Below are positions 10,508 through 23,595 of a stretch of DNA of 64,000 nt, one piece after another. Origin of the DNA: Epithemia pelagica (Eukaryota > Protista > Bacillariophyta); contig OX337242.1 of assembly GCA_946965045.2 (NCBI GenBank), forward strand, positions 1,922,001 to 1,986,000. Direction: 5' to 3'. Under the pieces are notes generated by a model. It saw nothing but the letters and a program-made list of their open reading frames with translations, made no database searches and had not been told where the DNA came from. The position numbers and the translations under genes are program-made. Numbering within the stretch: the first letter of the stretch is position 1; each line of letters starts with the position of its first letter.

Positions 10508-11478
10508 TTTACGTCTTGTTTGTTCTAATAGGGTATGGCGGTGATCCTTGTTGTTTTTGTTGCCTGCTGATGATTGGGGCAAACAACTTTTGTATGTGTC
10601 TCTAATACGGGGAAAGATCTTTTTGTTCCGACCTGTATCTTGTATATCTTTTGATTGCGTCATACGGAATCGTAGAAGAACGGGATTGCTTATGACATGT
10701 ACACAACACCACATAGCTAAAAACAGCTACTTCAAATTTTCAAAATAAAACACGACTGAAGCCATACGCGGCACTGGCCCAAACATCATAGCAATGGTAG
10801 ATTCTGTAGTCTACGGCATTTTTGTTGGGGTTCATCTGGAGTGCTTTTCTCGTCCTAGGAGTAAGTCCTAATCCGAGTTATTAGGACGAAAGAAGAACTC
10901 TCACGGTGACGTAAGGAAAGAGTGCAAGAATGTGGGAGGGGCCATCTGTGGTCATGCTGAAGTTGGAGCAACGTAAAAGTTGGTGTGATGTGTTCGCAGC
11001 CTCATGACGCGAGAAGAGGAAATGAACCATTCTACTAAGTGTGGCAATGTATGTCCTCTGGCGAATGCCTGGAAGGCCTATTCGTGGATCACAGCAGTTA
11101 GCAAACAAGCAGAGGTCGTCGCAGATGGAGACCAATTCTTTCGGTAGCCGCTGTGGTTTCGTTAGAGGAACCATTAAAGCATTTCAAGGGCTGATCACTC
11201 TTCGTCGCGTGAAGCTTTAGTTCTCATTTTATTGTCGCTGTGACTGTCAGCGCGGCCTATTCATGGTCTTTGCCTCTCACCTCTCCCTCTATCTCGTTGT
11301 CACCGATTCGTGACTTGTCCGGACAAAAAGTGTTCACGAATCACTTCCGAATTGTACAGCATGTCCAGTCCCGATTCCCGATCAACTACATAAAATGTCA
11401 GACTCTGAGTCCCGGGCTCTATTCAGATTTTCTTGAAGACCTTGTTTTTTCAAGTTTCCATTATTTCTTCGAAAAGCA

Positions 11479-12405
11479 ATGTCTCAGCAACAACTTCGGG
11501 GCCAAAGACGATCGAACCCTCGTCCCAGCAATCGACAAAGTCTGCAAAAAGCTGGAAAAGTGATTTCATCCAAGCGCGAAAGTGGTTTGAAATCATTAGA
11601 ACCTCTCCGTACAGGAGGATTGTCCGCCACTGTCGGATCTCTCCGTGATAACAGTGATTCTCGGCCGGATGATTGGCTTGGAGGAAAACCATCGTATTTG
11701 CAATTATATCAAGACGACAGTTTTCGAAAGCTGCCAATCAATAGGCGATCTGCTAACCCTACCGAATCTCTCTGCGGTGATAGTGTTCATTCGCGACCCG
11801 ATGACTGGCTGGGGAGAACGCCTTCAGAACATTCCCACCAAAGCCAACGCTTCCGAAAGCTTCACCTTGAAGACGATTCGTGGATTTCAAGAGAATCGTC
11901 TTCAAGCATTCGAACAGAGAAGATCGAGCCAGCCGTCAAACATCTTAGCAAGGACAAGCACTCGTCGCCTCCCACCACTATCACAATCCCTCATTTCCAT
12001 GCTGGACAAAAGCCTAAAGCGACCAACCTTCTTTGTGGAGAACCTGCGCCTGCCTCCAAGAGTGCGGCATCATCGCACCGTTGTTCGGATAACCATCTAC
12101 GACCAGATGACTGGCTCGGCGGACGGCCTGTATACTTACAAGAACGGCAAGATTCATTTATCCGATCGGGACGGAAGCAAAACGACAGCATGAAGCCATC
12201 TTTTCCGCTTTCTTACAATGCGAAATCATTGTATCGCCAGTCTAGAGTCTCGTCACCACCGACAGATGATTGGCTTGAAAGGCCGCGACGATCACCGGCC
12301 TACCATCGATCAGAGCGGAAGCCTGCCGTCAAGAGCTCATCCTCACTTCGTTGTCGTAGTAATCATTTACGCCCCGACAATTGGCTTGGTGGCCGGCCTG
12401 AATAG
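11479..12405 (+). CDS. Hypothetical Ser/Arg-rich protein with five RPDDWLG-like repeats (308 aa; 5' end uncertain)
   Basis: RPDDWLGG, RPDDWLGR, RPDDWLGG, PTDDWLER and RPDNWLGG are encoded by different synonymous codons. Confidence 0.6.
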   Translation: MSQQQLRGQRRSNPRPSNRQSLQKAGKVISSKRESGLKSLEPLRTGGLSATVGSLRDNSDSRPDDWLGGKPSYLQLYQDDSFRKLPINRRSANPTESLCGDSVHSRPDDWLGRTPSEHSHQSQRFRKLHLEDDSWISRESSSSIRTEKIEPAVKHLSKDKHSSPPTTITIPHFHAGQKPKATNLLCGEPAPASKSAASSHRCSDNHLRPDDWLGGRPVYLQERQDSFIRSGRKQNDSMKPSFPLSYNAKSLYRQSRVSSPPTDDWLERPRRSPAYHRSERKPAVKSSSSLRCRSNHLRPDNWLGGRPE

Positions 12406-13450
12406 TTGCGAATGACCAACTAGATACAAGTTGTGGTTGCTCTCGACTTTCTTAGTTAATGGGCTCAAATGATCTCTCTGATTGATAGGGTAGGACGAGA
12501 TGGTACTGCTTCTATTGTTCAAGCTTGTGGAGAGGATAATGCTGCATAAAATTCCAGGTCGAATGCAGATCAAGTATCAACGCATGCCTGGTAACACATT
12601 CGTATCTCGTAGCCTCTCGACGACCGTCAAAAGGAAGATGTGTTTGTCCGAGGCGAAAAAATTGGCAAAACGCTTTTCTCAACAGAACTGTGAAAATGGG
12701 TTACATGCCAGTGTCTCCCAGAATTCGGCATGGCCAATCGAAAAGACAGAAACTCAAGAGCTTCCCAATCATGCACATAGACCGAGTTCCAGTTCTAGTC
12801 GTAGCAAGAGGGGCCTTGTGAAGCTACTACCTACTACGCAACTAACCACTCCAACTTTAGAATGGCTCATCGTATCCTTCTACTCGCTCCATCACTCATC
12901 AGTCTGAAATCCAAAACTCAACTCGGAACTCGGAGTCCGAAACATAGCACAACCAGGGCTGTGTAGTACGATAGTCCAATTTTCGACGAAGTCCCTTACT
13001 TTGTACTGTACTTCACCGACTTTATGCATTCCCTTAGTATAGTCCCCCCCTCTCTCTCAAGGGACTGCCAGTCCCTCAGTCCATTCCCTATAGTCACTCA
13101 CAACCGACTATAGTCTCTACCGTCATTCCCCCCCCCCCCAGCCTTCAATCGTACTATATTCCCTCTCTGGAGTCCCACCAGTCTCTCGTATTGTACTTTT
13201 AGTCCTAAAGTCAAGTACCTCCAGCCAAATATATAGGCTGTATAGTACAAAATCACTCCTCATCTCCATATGAAACGACTACAACCATGATATCATGCGT
13301 TTATCATTCCAAATCAACACAAGAAAACAGATGAGGATAATCACAACACAGAGGTACGTTACCCATATCTTGGTTGCTTCGCCTCTCTTCAACAATCAAA
13401 CCATCGTCCTCTCTTATCTTGTCTCATACAACGACACGAGGTCGAATCAA

Positions 13451-16400
13451 ATGGAAGGAGTCCAAGATACCGTTTCGACATTGGAAGATCCTTCCAGGAG
13501 GGATCCCCCTTCCTCCAACAAGAACAAATCTTCTTCCAACAAGAACAAGCCACGGCCCTCATCCAGTAAGAAGAAGACTTCCAGTTCAAAGAAGAAAAAG
13601 AAGAAAAAGCCTCCTCCTGCAGGTTCCAACGAATTGAAACGAAAACCCTCTGCACTCGAAGCCGAGAAGAAAATTGTTGAGGAAGAGCTTGCACCAGTTG
13701 TGGAAGCCAAAGATGATTTCTTGGCGAATGAGAAATCTCTTGTTCCTCTTCTTGATTCTCCAAATCCATTATTCTTCGGCCATCCTAGTTGTTCACCGTA
13801 CTGGCGTTGGATCCTTCATGTTGACTGGCCGGTGTTTGAACAATATCTGATCGATAACTCGGATGATATTCCCCAAACCCCCGGCATTCTCAAGCTGATA
13901 AACAACATGAAGACCAAAACCAAAATAGGAGACATGAAGAATCTCAAGTCGGCATTGACTCCCCAAGCCAAGAATAAAGCCATGAAAGAGAAATACTCGA
14001 ATCTTGTCCGTTATGTTGTCATCTGCCCACGCTGTTTTGCGAACAAAGACAAACCACTGGACGAATGTATCCTACTTTGTGGGCTTAACAAAACATCCAA
14101 CATAGCAACTCATATCGGCAAGTACCACAAAGATGTTCAAATTCAAGACGACGCCGATGATCCCTCTCCGATGAAAAGCCAAGGCACGCTAAGCTCCATG
14201 ATCATAAAGGATGCATCCAAATCTACTGCTTCTGCGGAACTAAGGCAGCTCATGTATCGGTTCATCAATGACTGCGCACTACCGGCAATTACGGCCGAGA
14301 AAAAAGAATTCCGAGATCTCATCCGGTACGCAATCAACAACAGTGCTGCTCTCCGCGACACACCGGCAGAGATCATGAGCCGGCGGGAAATTTCCAAACT
14401 TCGTATCTCTTCCTACGAAAGTTTTTTCGGTGTGGCGACGAACCTTATCAATGCCTGTCGCTCTGAATACGAACGATTGTGCTACCAGAAGGTTCCTTTT
14501 ATCTCCGTGTGCCATGATATTTGGCAAGCGAGGGACCATGACGTCCTTGGGGTTACAATAATGTTCATAGACCCTCGCAACTGCGAGGTCTATCGCATCC
14601 CCATTGGTCTTGCAGAATGCAAAGGACACGCAGCAACGGACGTGGCAAACCTAACTGATGTTCTTCTTCTTGGTGTTGGCATCACTACAGGAGATCTGTC
14701 GGCTTCTGTGAATGACAACACGACGGCCGCTGTGTTGGCGGGCAAGTACATAGTGGGCCAAAAGGATAAGACTGGAAAATGTGATATGCACAAGGCTGAA
14801 CTTGTGCTAAAGCACGCCACGGGGTTAGTTCAACGCTACCACAATCGCCAGCTCATGGATTCTAACACGGAGTTTCTTGAGCTGTGGCAAATCTTCAAAC
14901 AATTTGCGTCTTGGTTGACCAGCAAAAAATCTCCAAAGCGAATGAGAAAGTTTCGAGAGGCCTGTATTGCAATGGGAATGAAGATTGTTTCTATTCCACT
15001 CCCAAATGACACTCGAGTTGCAGGACTTATCCTAACAATTCAAGCCTTGCTACGATGCAAATTTGTCATGGATGCCTACTCTACTCTGACTGGTTTCCGG
15101 AGTGACCCAAAGTTCAAAAAGCTATATCCAGAGGAAAAGGAATGGAAGTTACTTGCTCAGTACGAGGGAATCCTCGCTCCCTTGAAACAAGTTTCCATGT
15201 CTTTACAATCTGATGAACCAGGAGCAAGTTCCGCGGCCCTGCTTGAAATCTATTGCGCTTATTTTCAAGCAACAACTATGCGCAGTGACAGCAAAGAGTA
15301 TGGTGGTGTCTCCTGCTTGAATGTGTCTAGTGGAGCCGAGACTCAATGGGACGCTCGTGATACCATGGACGATCTAGACAGACTGCGCGATCCGATTCTC
15401 TACAAGGATTTAGAGGCTGGACCACGCCACCTAATTCGCCGGATTATCGCAGAGTACAAGCATTACTTATTCCATCGTGACGAAGATGGAATAAAAGCTG
15501 TTTGTGCCAATCCTCTATTGGGAAATGTATACGAGAATATGTTCGTGAATTTCGGCGTTTTCGATCAAGACACCGTCAAAGAGTGTCGTAGGATCATCAT
15601 CAAAGACATGGTCGCCAAATTCAGCAACAAGAGTGTCTCTCAGATTGGACTTGCGCTCTCTAAACAAGGGGCCACGGGGAGAGAAGGTGATGACATTGAG
15701 AATGTTGAAGAACAGGCGATGTCCCCTTCCAGAAAAACTATTCGGCACAAAACCCGTGATGTATTTGCGAACATGAGGCGCTCGCATGACCTACAACAAC
15801 AAGCGTTACTGCATCTTAGTGGCAAGGCATCCAACGCTGCCTCTGAAAACGAAATGGTGATGGCCTTACAGAAAGCTTGTACATCATGCTACGACGAATT
15901 TTGCGAACATTGCAAGGGTCACATAGACAACCATTGGGATCAAATGATGGAAGACTATGGAACTCCAGCCTTCTATAAGGCTCGCGACCGCTGGAACGAT
16001 AATCAGAAGAGAGAGTTTGCCATGAATTGCAAGAATTGAAATTACTTAGAGGTTGGCAAGTACTTTGACTTGATGAAATGGTGGCGTCTCCATTCCTCAA
16101 AATTCTCCTACCTATACCCAAGTGCTATCATTTGGTTGGCGAAGCCGTCGACAAACGCCTTCCAAGAGCGGATTTTCTCCATGGGATCATGGATGACTCA
16201 AAATAAACTAATGGGGAGCATGTCAAAGAAAACCAACGAAATGAGAACAATGGACATGTTAAATCGGGACCAAGTCACGACTATTTTGAAGAACGAAAAG
16301 AAAATAGAGAAAGGAGAAGGTATTAGTGTGTCGTACGTACCTGTCGTGTCCAAAACAAGAAAGAGTACCGCCGACAATAAACAAGATAAGAATTTACGAA

Positions 16401-17503
16401 GGACGGCTCTCAAGGAAGCCGCTAATGGATTCGCAACCTACGGAAAGTCGTCCAAGTTCAACAACAATGTTATGACAGATCCAAGTGTGACCATGACATT
16501 TTTCCAAAATACGGAGGAAGGGGATGGAGCATCGACATTGTCCGGCTATGACCCAGACAAAGACATTGATGCGTCTGGTGAGGACAAGGTTGGGAAAGAG
16601 ACCGAGATTGGAACTGGGACCACCCAACAAGACGATGAAGTTGGTGCCAAAGTGGCCGCCGTGGACGACGAAGCACCACCAAATCACCGGGTGAGAGTGG
16701 CTAACCGAATTGTTTATGTAACCGTTCCGTCGAAGCATGAAGAAGACTCAGATATAGATTCTGTGTGCTTTTCGGAAAAGGATGAGGAAAGCGATACTAT
16801 GGTAGATACAATCATCGATGATATCTTGCAAGCACCTACGGACGACAGCAATCCAACAAACGATGGAAAGGAAGTCATGACTGTGGATGTCTCGGATGAC
16901 GAGGACGGCGATAAGAAACCGCCAGCAAAGCCATCCAAAAAAGACAGCAATGATGAAAAAAAGAAACGTGCTACCAAGAAACGTAAACGGTCCATGATTC
17001 TGCAGCCAAGGCGGCTTTCCCCCCCACGAAAAGCAAAGGCAGCAGCGGCAGCTGCAGCTGCAGCTAATACACTTGGGAAGGGAACAACCCCTCCATCTGC
17101 CAAACTTGTCGGAAATAAGAGGCGAAAAATTATTCGAAAGTCACCATTTTCGTTAAAGGCAGTCATTGGTGAGTCAAATGATGACGACAAGGGCGATGAC
17201 GATAAGGACAATGAGGAAGAAAAGAACGACGGTCTGGGCAATGAAAATGGAGCAGTATTAGAAGGAGAAGAGTCACAAGATTTGTTGGGAGACAAAGATG
17301 ATCAGCATGACCAAGAGGACGACCAAGAAGACGACCAAGAGGACGATGAGGACGATAAAATTGACGAAGAAAGTGGTGAGGATAGTGGCATAGAAAGTGA
17401 TGCAGAGGAAAATGATCTCAATGACGGTGAGGATGGTGACGCCGATCAAGAGGAGGAAGACAACGATGAGGATGCATCGTCCGCCGAAGCAGAATTTCAA
17501 TGA
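13451..17503 (+). pseudogene. hAT transposase with one in-frame TGA (16037-16039) and a long acidic C-terminal tail
   Basis: BED-like finger CPRC...H...H; catalytic-type motifs VCHDIW, VNDNTT, CDMH and NAFQERIFS. ORFs 13295-16039 and 16070-17503 share a frame and are colinear with the intact copy at 52426-56376. Confidence 0.9.
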
Positions 17504-17565
17504 ACAAGATCAGAAAGTTGACCAAAATCTACGAGAGAGAAAGAATTAGTAATGCATATCATAAT

Positions 17566-19380
17566 TTATCTATAAGTATTGATCATTGATTTGACCTTCT
17601 GGAATACGTCGTCGTGGAGGTGGAGTGTTTTTCCAAGTCGAGACAGTAAATTAGTGCGTAAATCAATGGTAGCAGAATGCTGCCCTAGAGCACCGAATAG
17701 TGGATTGATAAGAGACCATTTATCCATTGGAACCCATGCTTCCAAATGTTTTGATGTCGCTAAGCCGCTGAGTTTTGGAGGCACCCAACCCATCTTGTGT
17801 GCCCAGCGAATAACATGTATGTCTGAAGGTATACCGTCGACACGTCCGAATGCCGCCTCCAATATTATGCATGCAGTCTTATACCCAATGCCATCGAGGG
17901 TCATCAACTCGTGGATTGTAATGTTGTTGGGAATTATCCCATTGTGGCGCTGTAGAAAGTAGTCGGCCGCATTTACAATGCGCTCGGCGTTGACGTTATA
18001 TCGTCCAAGTTCCGATATTAGGGAGCACATAGCATCCATGCCGTACTTGTTGGCGATCTCCGACACAGCATCGGCAGACGTCATTCCACAAGCAAAAAGA
18101 CGGGGCATTACGGAACTGAGTTGTAAATCTGAAGTGCTTGAACTCATACAGATCGTCATCAAGACCATGAATGGCCGATCTGAAAGAGGATTGTCCGCGT
18201 AATTGTTAATCCATGACTCCCAATCATCCCGAGGAGCCACGATTCCAAAGTGTTTCAACTCTTGGTGAAACATGACCAGTTGTCCGAGTTCTGTCAGTCA
18301 ATGGTCTAGAACAGTTGCAGGAATGGGAGGGACTTTCACATGGAGATCGGATGGACGGAGTTTCTTGAGTTTGGGTGGCATGCCAGGCATGTGGCGATCT
18401 TCGTCGTCTTTTTGTTTATATTTGATGGTTTTTTTGGAACGTGAAATCGATTGAAGAAATAATGATATAATGGTGTTGCGAGAACAAGTGGAATACGAAT
18501 GTGTTGGATGCTGGGTATGCTGGGTAGCTTTCTTCGGTGGAGATTTAAGAAGATTCTTCTTTTTGGGAGATTTGTTCACGGCAGGTGGATTGTCTTTTTT
18601 TTCGTCGGCATGTAGGGGAGGACAGTGTATCTTGTCGTATAGCTGCGTCAATTGGGCAATATAAGGGGTGATGCAACTTGGAACACAGTCCTCTTGATCG
18701 GATTCTTCACTGTTACATTCGCATAAAATATATTCGTTGACTAGTTGTTGAGGTTGTTGTGTGCAATGGAATCCAGTTGATGTGTGCATCATCCAGGACA
18801 GAATGATAGATTGGGATGAAACATTCGGACATTTTTGTTTTACACGATGGGTGTTTCTCATACATTCGTGAAAATGAGGGCATTGATCAATCTGTAGCGT
18901 GGGTGTACATTGAACAGTAAGTGTAAGACTCTTGCAATGATCAGGCATGAAGGGTTGAAACTCATGATCTGATGAATTCGGAACTTGCGGAGATGGACCG
19001 TGTAGATGAGTAATGACAATGCCAGCAATGATTGAAAGCTTGTCTTCATACTCCAAGGTGAACAATCTGCAAGCGTGAGTGTTGGACTTGCTCGTGTTTT
19101 CTTCTTTGCAAGAAATGGACCCAGAATTCTGAATTAACCATGCAACAGTAAATCGTTTCACCCATAGATGAAGTTGGCACCGAAGAAGGTCTTTGGGAGA
19201 TTGCTCTTGGATATATTTTTTCGTGTCTTCGAAGTAAGCAAAATTCGACTCCAGAATGAACTTCAGATTACATCGTGAAGAGAAATGAAGGTATTTGCGA
19301 GAAGTTGATGGTTCCATATACCTTGTTCCTTGAGTTGTGGAGGAATGGTTTGGGGAAGGAAAGTTGAGTGTGGGAGACAC
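17566..19380 (-). pseudogene. Cys/His-rich domain plus endonuclease III-like HhH-GPD DNA glycosylase; one in-frame TGA (18298-18300)
   Basis: HhH motif LDGIGYKTA and IPSDIHV. ORFs 18298-19380 and 17566-18273 share a frame and are colinear with 50533-52380. Confidence 0.88.
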
Positions 19381-19539
19381 TCTTGTTCGATGGTTGATGG
19401 AGTGAGAGTGAGGTGCGAGGGTGTGAGGTGTGTTGCTGCTGATAGCGTTGTTGTGATGGGCGTGGGTCTCATGTGGGTCTCATGTACGTATAGTAGCGTG
19501 GTGGAGTATACATGGATTTCGTACTGTGAAGTCATGACT

Positions 19540-19810
19540 TAGGGACTATAGTACCATAGTACATGAAGATTATGAAAGGGACTATAGTCCACATAGTATA
19601 GTCAAATGTTGTGTATTTCGATGTACTATAGTCATCGGTGATAGTCTATGGGTGAGTGGAATTGGGACTATCAGTCAAGGGACTATTCCATGTGTGGTGG
19701 CTAGGGTGAACTATAGTCGTTTAGTACAGTCTACCGTGTTTGTAAATGGGATTAGTAGTCTCTTAGTATAGTACCATTAGAGTGTGGAATGGAGTGTAGT
19801 AACTATGGTC
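19540..19810. repeat. Subterminal array of GACTATAGT(C/A)-like palindromic motifs (also about 13035-13250 and both ends of copy 2)
   Basis: GACTATAGTC at 13106, 19580 and 50226; GACTATAGTA at 19544 and 50349; many degenerate variants. Confidence 0.75.
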
Positions 19811-20091
19811 TAGTCAGGTACATATCGTAGATGGACTGAAAGTCATGTAGTCTAGTCTCGACATGTTTGGGTGATACTTCACAGCTCTGGTTGCAGATGG
19901 CGCGCGAATCAGAAGCATGTCACAAAGAGTCGCCGAGGAATCGCTGGAAAATCGCACAAATTATGACATAGGGTATAGCAGGTAGACTATCTGATGGGAA
20001 GAAAAAATATGGTGTTGGCATACCCTTGGGATCCTTTGCGTCTACATTACTCTACCTAGTACTCAATTGTTGGTTCCAATGCCCACTCTTC

Positions 20092-23000
20092 CTATTCCAT
20101 CGTCCTCTTATTCTGGTTATCGTCTCGATCCGGTACCAAGGACGACACATGGGCTTGCAATCGTTCGTATTCGGACAACAAATGAGTCCATCCACTGCGT
20201 TCCAATTCTTGCTCAAGTTTCCGCAATCGTTTCCAGGTCAAATCGGCCGATGAGTGTCCTCCTCTTGTCGTAGAACTACCCGTAGTGAACTGTTCGGCGG
20301 GAAGGGTTTGCATTTCTCGCAACAGATCCACCAACGAGGATTCCGTTCGTTTGTCACCGACACGACCATGACGACACAAGGCTATCAGGACCTCGACATA
20401 GGTCACGATGGTGGGTTCCAAGGAAACAACATCATTGGATCCAGTCATGGTGTGGTTGGTATGCTTCTGTTTCGTCTTGCGCATATTGGAATTTGATTGT
20501 TGTTGTTGTTGCGCCGCCAAGGCTTGTTGTTTCCGAAAGATTTTTAGGGCTCGTTCTCCGGAATTGGAATGGGTAGATCGAGCATGGGCCGAGATGACAG
20601 AGGTAAAGGAAAACACATTGGGATAACAATCGTATTCCCCGCGTTCGGCCAATTCCACCATTTGTTGTAAACATCGCTCTGCTTGTTTGGCTTCATGGCT
20701 CCCACTTGGCAAGGCTTGTTTCTTGGATACATCCCGAAACATTGATTTCGTCCAGGAATCAATCACGGCATTAAAATCCATTGTGGTGGGTTTCCGATCC
20801 ACCCGGCCATTTTCCACATGATCGATCCAGTCATGAAAGACGTTGGTTGTCATGGTTGGGTCTCCTTGCTTGGACCATGATTGCAAACGCATGGCACAGG
20901 CATCGGCCAGAAATTCGCGAGACACGGGCTTGCCGGCATCCAAGTCATGTTGCAGGCCTTGAAACAAACGTTCCACATGAGTGTGACCATTTGTGTGTTT
21001 CAACCAGGCACCCATTAATTTGCAGCATATGGAATCCTTTCGTGGCCCACCATGGTCTTTGTTATTGTCGTCGTCGTCATGGAGTTGGGTATAGAGATCC
21101 GTGGCTTGTTGCAAAATGTCGACATCATGATAGGTTCTTCGCACGTAGGCATTTAGTAGAGAATTGTGACATCGATCGTCGGGTTGAATTTCCATGTCTG
21201 CCATAGAATCGTATACCTTTCGGGCTTTGGTCGCACCGTGTTTGTCCTTGGATTCTCCCCAGGCTCGAATCACAAAATTGAAAATCTGCAGCAAGGAGAT
21301 GTCAAAAGGAAAAGCAGATTCATCCATCCGATTCCACCATCAGAATCGATATGTCAAGTTACGGAACAACCTACAATCCGTATACTAATGAGAACTTACT
21401 TGTGGTAGACTGTTCATGGTCGGATTGTCACTCAATGTCACATTCTCTTGTTTGACTCGTCGACACAAATGATCTAGAATGACTTGACAACGACCGGGGT
21501 CCTTGGCACTTTTCCATGCCTGAATCACACGAACATAGCTTTCTCCATTCGGCTTGGGTAACCCAGTATTTGAGTTGGTCTCTTCCATCCAATGCACTAT
21601 ACGTTCCGCCAACAAGGCTCCTTTGAAGGATGGTGAAAGGCCAGTCAATCCTTGAAGCAGCAGATTCATGGATTCAATAGTCAAGGGTTTCTCTGGATTC
21701 GACTGGGCGTCGACCATTTGCTGAAAACGGACCACCGCTTGTTCCATGTGGCTGGCATTAGCTCCCTGTTTCAGGTCCTGCACAAGGCGCTGCAACGCCT
21801 CGAAAACAATTCCTCCTTGTTCCTCTGGAGTGCGTTCCACCACTGGTCGCCTTGCAGTTCGAGGAGTGATGGTTGGTGGGGGTTTGGAGGACGGTGGTGG
21901 TGGTGGTGGTAGTGGTGAAGAATTTCCTAGTCTTTGTTTGTTTGTCACTCTCGCTTGTTGTACGTACGTGTTGTTGTCGGGTGTTTTCACCAGTGACTCC
22001 ACATGGTGCCGTAATTGCCGCAAGGAGGAGATCTGTGCGCCACGATCATTGGTGTTTTGGTAGGCTGCCTCCATGAGTTCAAACATACGGACGGTCGGTT
22101 TCCATCGACTGTCTCGTGTGGCCATAAATGACTCGCATACTTCGTCTACAATGGATCTTGCCAAATGCAGGACTTGGTCGGAGGGTGATTGTGTACCAAA
22201 GGACTCGACCAAGACCCGAAGAACCCTTTCCGCATGCCTTGCGTCATAGCGCAACAACGTATTCGCGATGGATTGTTGTTGTTGTCCTCTCATTTGTTGG
22301 TAGAGTTCCAACATGCGAAGTTCATTGCCTCTTGTTTTACCATACAGTTCAATCATGTCACAATACAAATCGGGGCTGGGTCGATATTCCTCTGGTTGGG
22401 ATGCAAAATCGTTCACATGAATGGATTGAAAGTATCGTTCCGCATCTGAAATCACGGTATTGGCCGACGATGGATCCATCTCTAACCGTTGACGGCAAAG
22501 CTGGAGCAGTTTCTTTATCAGTGGTCCATTGGGGCGATATCTTGTATCGGCCTGGTCCATCAAATATTGAAATACTTCGTCTGCTCTCCCATAAAGGTTA
22601 TGACTATTCATGTTGATCATTCCCTGTACAATATGCAGATATGCATTGGCATACGGAGGTGCCACGAAACCTACGTGAAGATATCGATTCACTTTCTCGA
22701 GGATGGACAATGGTCGCAACTGCTCGAATGTGACAGTCGTCGGAGTCCTGTCAGGAGGACTGCCCTTCTCATATCCATCCTTCTTGACGGATGTTCCGCT
22801 TGTTTCCCTCACAGAATTCATGTATATTGCCCACAATGCCAGGATTGGATCCAAGGTGGAGTGATATGGCAAGGCTTGGTATCCTCCTGTGACCAAGCTG
22901 TCTGGGTCATGGACCTCCCATTCTTTTGCAAGACGATCCAAGATCCATAACCACTCTTCCAATAAGTCTCCCTTCACAATGTCCTTCTTACCACCTGCTT

Positions 23001-23595
23001 CCTTGGACAGATAATCCCGTGCGTTTACAAAATCATGAGAACCCAAGGATCCCACCTCGAGCGATTGCAGGCGATCTTGGAGCAGCTCATAGACCCAAGA
23101 TTCGCCGTCATTTTCAAAAAGGGGTGGTGGCAAGGTTTCGTCTGCCATATTTTCTTCAGTATTTTCAGTGGCTACAGCTGGGTTTAGATCTCCTGGTCTG
23201 TCGTGTCTTGTCCGTTTCGGCTTTCGGCGGCCCTTTGTCAAACTGTTGCTTGTATGGGGATTTACAGAGGGAGATTTGTCATGTTCCTTGTTGCTTTGGG
23301 TCGGTGACGACTGGTCGTCTTCCTTGGAACTCTCTCTGGACACTGTGGATGAGCGAGACACTTCCATGGCTTGAGCAGTACCAGTGGTACTCCTAGATTG
23401 GACCAATGGACAGCTCTGTCTAGTTTGTGGTATTCTCACATCCTTCCATGAAGGAAAACAAACGGAATGGGAATTCGACTGTGAAGGCAAGAGTTGTCGG
23501 GCATTGTGGCCGTCCACAGAGAAAACATGAGGGCGCTTGACCAACGTCGGTCTCAAGCAGAAGCGCCTGGTTCGAATCATCCGTGCCATCATCAT
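20092..23595 (-). CDS. Pentatricopeptide-repeat-like protein, two exons (intron 21399-21286), probably organelle-targeted
   Basis: Phase-0 donor CAA|GTAAGT and phase-0 acceptor polypyrimidine-CAG|ATT join the two ORFs into ...SLPQ-IFNFVIRAW, a PPR-type motif. Further motifs PNVFSFTSVISAHARS and PTIVTYVEVLIALCR; Arg-rich N-terminus. Confidence 0.8.

Larger units (their letters stand above)
12954..19889 (+). mobile_element. hAT DNA transposon copy 1 (about 6.9 kb) carrying a DNA glycosylase cargo gene; defective
   Basis: TIRs CAGGGCTGTGTAGTA (12954-12968) and CAGAGCTGTGAAGTA (reverse complement of 19875-19889), 13/15 match. GACTATAGT(C/A)-rich subterminal regions; hAT transposase inside; flanking 8-mers do not match. 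Confidence 0.88.

Noticed and set aside
10865-10889. 8-bp hairpin GTCCTAAT...ATTAGGAC upstream of the metacaspase
   Set aside because: Short enough to occur by chance, with no supporting context.
16037-16039. Programmed readthrough of the TGA in transposase copy 1
   Set aside because: No CARYYA context, and copy 2 has Arg here, so a nonsense mutation is simpler.
17566-18273. Host NTH1 gene that happens to lie next to a transposon
   Set aside because: It lies inside the TIRs in two independent elements, lacks the Fe-S motif and has a non-Nth N-terminal domain.
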